Shown here piece by piece: positions 41,421 to 43,370 of a stretch of 43,370 nt of DNA. Below the pieces are notes generated by a model that searched no databases, was not told the DNA's origin, and saw only the letters and a list, made by a program, of their open reading frames with translations. Each line of letters opens with the position of its first letter. Position 1 is the stretch's first letter. A program made the translations under genes and the position numbers. Origin of the DNA: an archaeon. Its GTDB lineage: Archaea; EX4484-52; B79-G9. The DNA is taken from contig JBDRKP010000080.1 in the NCBI GenBank assembly GCA_043813875.1, positions 1-43,370 of the forward strand, read 5' to 3'.

Positions 41421-42011
41421 CTAAGCAACTTCTTCAGTCGCATTGACATCTTCTTTCACAACAGCCGGCTCTTCTTCAGCATCACTCTCAACATCATCAG
41501 CAGTCCCGTTGCCAGCCTCATCAGTATCATTGGCAGTATAATTATAATTGAACACAGCAGCCATGGCACGTCTCTCGATACAGGCCGGATGCCCTGGAAT
41601 GACTTCACAGACCTTATCCTCTACCTCGCCGGCATCAGACCTATTCAAATCAACATCGCCTAAATAGTTCCCGACATTGATACGAGTATCACCCTCACCA
41701 AAAAGCGTAACAAGATAGACATAACCCTGGTACTTATAAACCAGACTCTCAAGATCACGGTTCAGTTCAAGACAATCAGTCCCGCACAACGGATCAGACT
41801 CAAAAACAACAACACTGCCGCCAGTATTATAGATGGCAGATCGCTGTTGATCTGAGATATCCTCGCCTAAGATAAACTGCCCCGGAAGCTCAACCTCTTT
41901 CTGCCCAGCACTGGAAGAATCAAGAGCAATACCCGCCATCGAAGTCAGAAACAGTATTCCGATCAAGATAACAGCCCATTTTTGATATTTATCAGACTTT
42001 TTTTTAGGCAT
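41421..42011 (-). CDS. Membrane-anchored hypothetical protein with Cys pairs and an acidic tail
   Basis: N-terminal TM helix, CGTDC, a second Cys pair and a D/E-rich C-terminus. Confidence 0.7.
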   Translation of the reverse strand: MPKKKSDKYQKWAVILIGILFLTSMAGIALDSSSAGQKEVELPGQFILGEDISDQQRSAIYNTGGSVVVFESDPLCGTDCLELNRDLESLVYKYQGYVYLVTLFGEGDTRINVGNYLGDVDLNRSDAGEVEDKVCEVIPGHPACIERRAMAAVFNYNYTANDTDEAGNGTADDVESDAEEEPAVVKEDVNATEEVA

Positions 42012-42043
42012 TCAGACCACAATAAAACAAATTAAAACAATAC

Positions 42044-42892
42044 TTATTTAGCAGATGGATTTATTAATCTTTCAATAAGGCTCTTTAGCCTGCGCGCCCT
42101 GGAAACATCGAACCCGATCCTTTTGAGCAAAAATTCATCTGCATCCAGCAAATCCAGGACATTGAATATGTTATTCTGGACAAGCCTCTCCCTCTCATTG
42201 CGCGTAAGACCGATAAGTGTCAAAGGATAAGCACGATAATTCTCAATCATTTCATTCAGGCCATGACCGTACGGATAATTCCAAGCCAGTAGTTGGACAT
42301 GCTTGCACTTAGAATACCTCACAGCATGCTCTGAATAGTTCGTATTCGTGACAACCCACGCAGAAGTCGCATTGATGGAATTCCTCGTACCCTGCTTGTA
42401 TCCCCCCACAATATCATCAAGCCGCGCCCACTGCCTCATCGGGACATCAAGACCCGTAAACGTATGATCCCGGTAATGATGCTTGCACTCTATAATCACC
42501 GTCTCCTTCCTGCGCCTTGCAACAACATCAATCTCATGATCAACGCATAGCCCCTGGACCTTGGGCTCCGGGCTGCGCTCAGTATCATAGCCGTCATATC
42601 TAAGCAGCCGCATGATAAAAAACTCAAACTCATGTATTTCAGGATCAAGCTTCGATATAGCATCCTTCAGCTTATACCTCACCGCAGCATCCTTATTTCC
42701 ACTAACCTTCAACTGCTCATGGATCATCGAAAGAATATCCTTGCTAGAGATACCCTCATAAACCTTCCCCTCGACATAATCTGCAATCCTTGAACAGACT
42801 TCCATAGATGCGCCAGCTCGCACGCAGCTGCGAACAATCTTCTGCTTATTAAAATCATCAACCGCCCCATTCATCTTGACAATCTTCACCAT
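42044..42892 (-). CDS. ATP-cone domain plus Mrr-like PD-(D/E)xK nuclease protein
   Basis: IVKMNG...FNKQKI..S ATP cone; FE, HEIDV, IECKHH and VTNT nuclease motifs. Confidence 0.85.
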   Translation of the reverse strand: MVKIVKMNGAVDDFNKQKIVRSCVRAGASMEVCSRIADYVEGKVYEGISSKDILSMIHEQLKVSGNKDAAVRYKLKDAISKLDPEIHEFEFFIMRLLRYDGYDTERSPEPKVQGLCVDHEIDVVARRRKETVIIECKHHYRDHTFTGLDVPMRQWARLDDIVGGYKQGTRNSINATSAWVVTNTNYSEHAVRYSKCKHVQLLAWNYPYGHGLNEMIENYRAYPLTLIGLTRNERERLVQNNIFNVLDLLDADEFLLKRIGFDVSRARRLKSLIERLINPSAK

Positions 42893-42967
42893 AAGAATAA
42901 ATACATCGAAAAGATTATTAAAACTGTGGGTACATTCAATATAAACTATACATCCATCATCAGCAAC

Positions 42968-43042
42968 AGCCCCCTGGTGTAGCGGTAATCATGCGAGGTT
43001 CTGGACCTTGCGACTGCGGTTCGAATCCGCAGGGGGCTACCA
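42968..43042 (+). tRNA. tRNA-Gln (anticodon CTG), intron-less, CCA encoded
   Basis: AGCCCCC/GGGGGCT acceptor stem (A1-U72), anticodon loop TTCTGGA, T arm TGCGG-TTCGAAT-CCGCA, discriminator A plus CCA. Confidence 0.96.
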
Positions 43043-43102
43043 TAGTGCTCAAAATCAAAAAGATATATAAAAGAGATAAGGAATAATATATAAGGTAATG
43101 AT

Positions 43103-43360
43103 ATGGCAAAAAACAAAAAAAGACCGACACCATCCAAAAAACCGATAATAATAGACAAACCCATCATCCAAAAACCAGCTCTTTCAACTAAACCGGCATC
43201 ATCAAAACCAGCAAAAAAAGAAGAAGAAGAAAACGGCATAGCGACATTTCTCTTCGGCCACCCGGTAATCGACAAAAAAGACATAATAGAAATAATAATT
43301 ATGATCACATTCATAGCATTTCTCGTATTCATGTACCTCAAATCAAACGACATCATTTAA
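43103..43360 (+). CDS. Small hypothetical protein, Lys/Pro-rich N-terminus and C-terminal TM helix
   Basis: 85-aa ORF with AGGT RBS-like sequence. Confidence 0.6.
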   Translation: MAKNKKRPTPSKKPIIIDKPIIQKPALSTKPASSKPAKKEEEENGIATFLFGHPVIDKKDIIEIIIMITFIAFLVFMYLKSNDII

Positions 43361-43370
43361 TCAGGCACAA

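Noticed and set aside
42968..43042. tRNA as the attachment site of an integrated element
   Set aside because: I saw no duplicate of the tRNA 3' end and no integrase in the window.

Overview
An archaeal chromosome segment. Evidence for this: archaeal ftsZ-secE-spt5-uL11-uL1-uL10(P0)-P1/L12 cluster, A1-U72 tRNA-Gln, cupin-type glucose-6-phosphate isomerase and TTTATAAA promoters. A DPANN-like lineage is my inference only. The left part is a branched-chain amino acid cluster (leuB-type, ilvB, ilvN, ilvC, DUF296, ilvD, ilvE). Within it sits a ridA-thrC pair whose threonine synthase carries a C-terminal LeuA/CimA-type allosteric domain; this is the most novel-looking element. The middle holds a decayed GNAT toxin-antitoxin-like pair, an AT-rich BsuBI/PstI-type restriction-modification island, a chimeric LeuRS (bacterial core, archaeal C-terminal domain), an ABC-2 exporter, pgi, an FKBP PPIase and the ribosomal cluster, which has a long structured 5' leader. 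The right part holds thiamine genes (thiM, thiE, thiC, thiL) interrupted by orphan ORFs, a frameshifted aminotransferase, an ATP-cone/Mrr nuclease and tRNA-Gln(CTG). No CRISPR array, transposase or integrase is visible. All protein calls come from motif recognition by eye; no database search was run.
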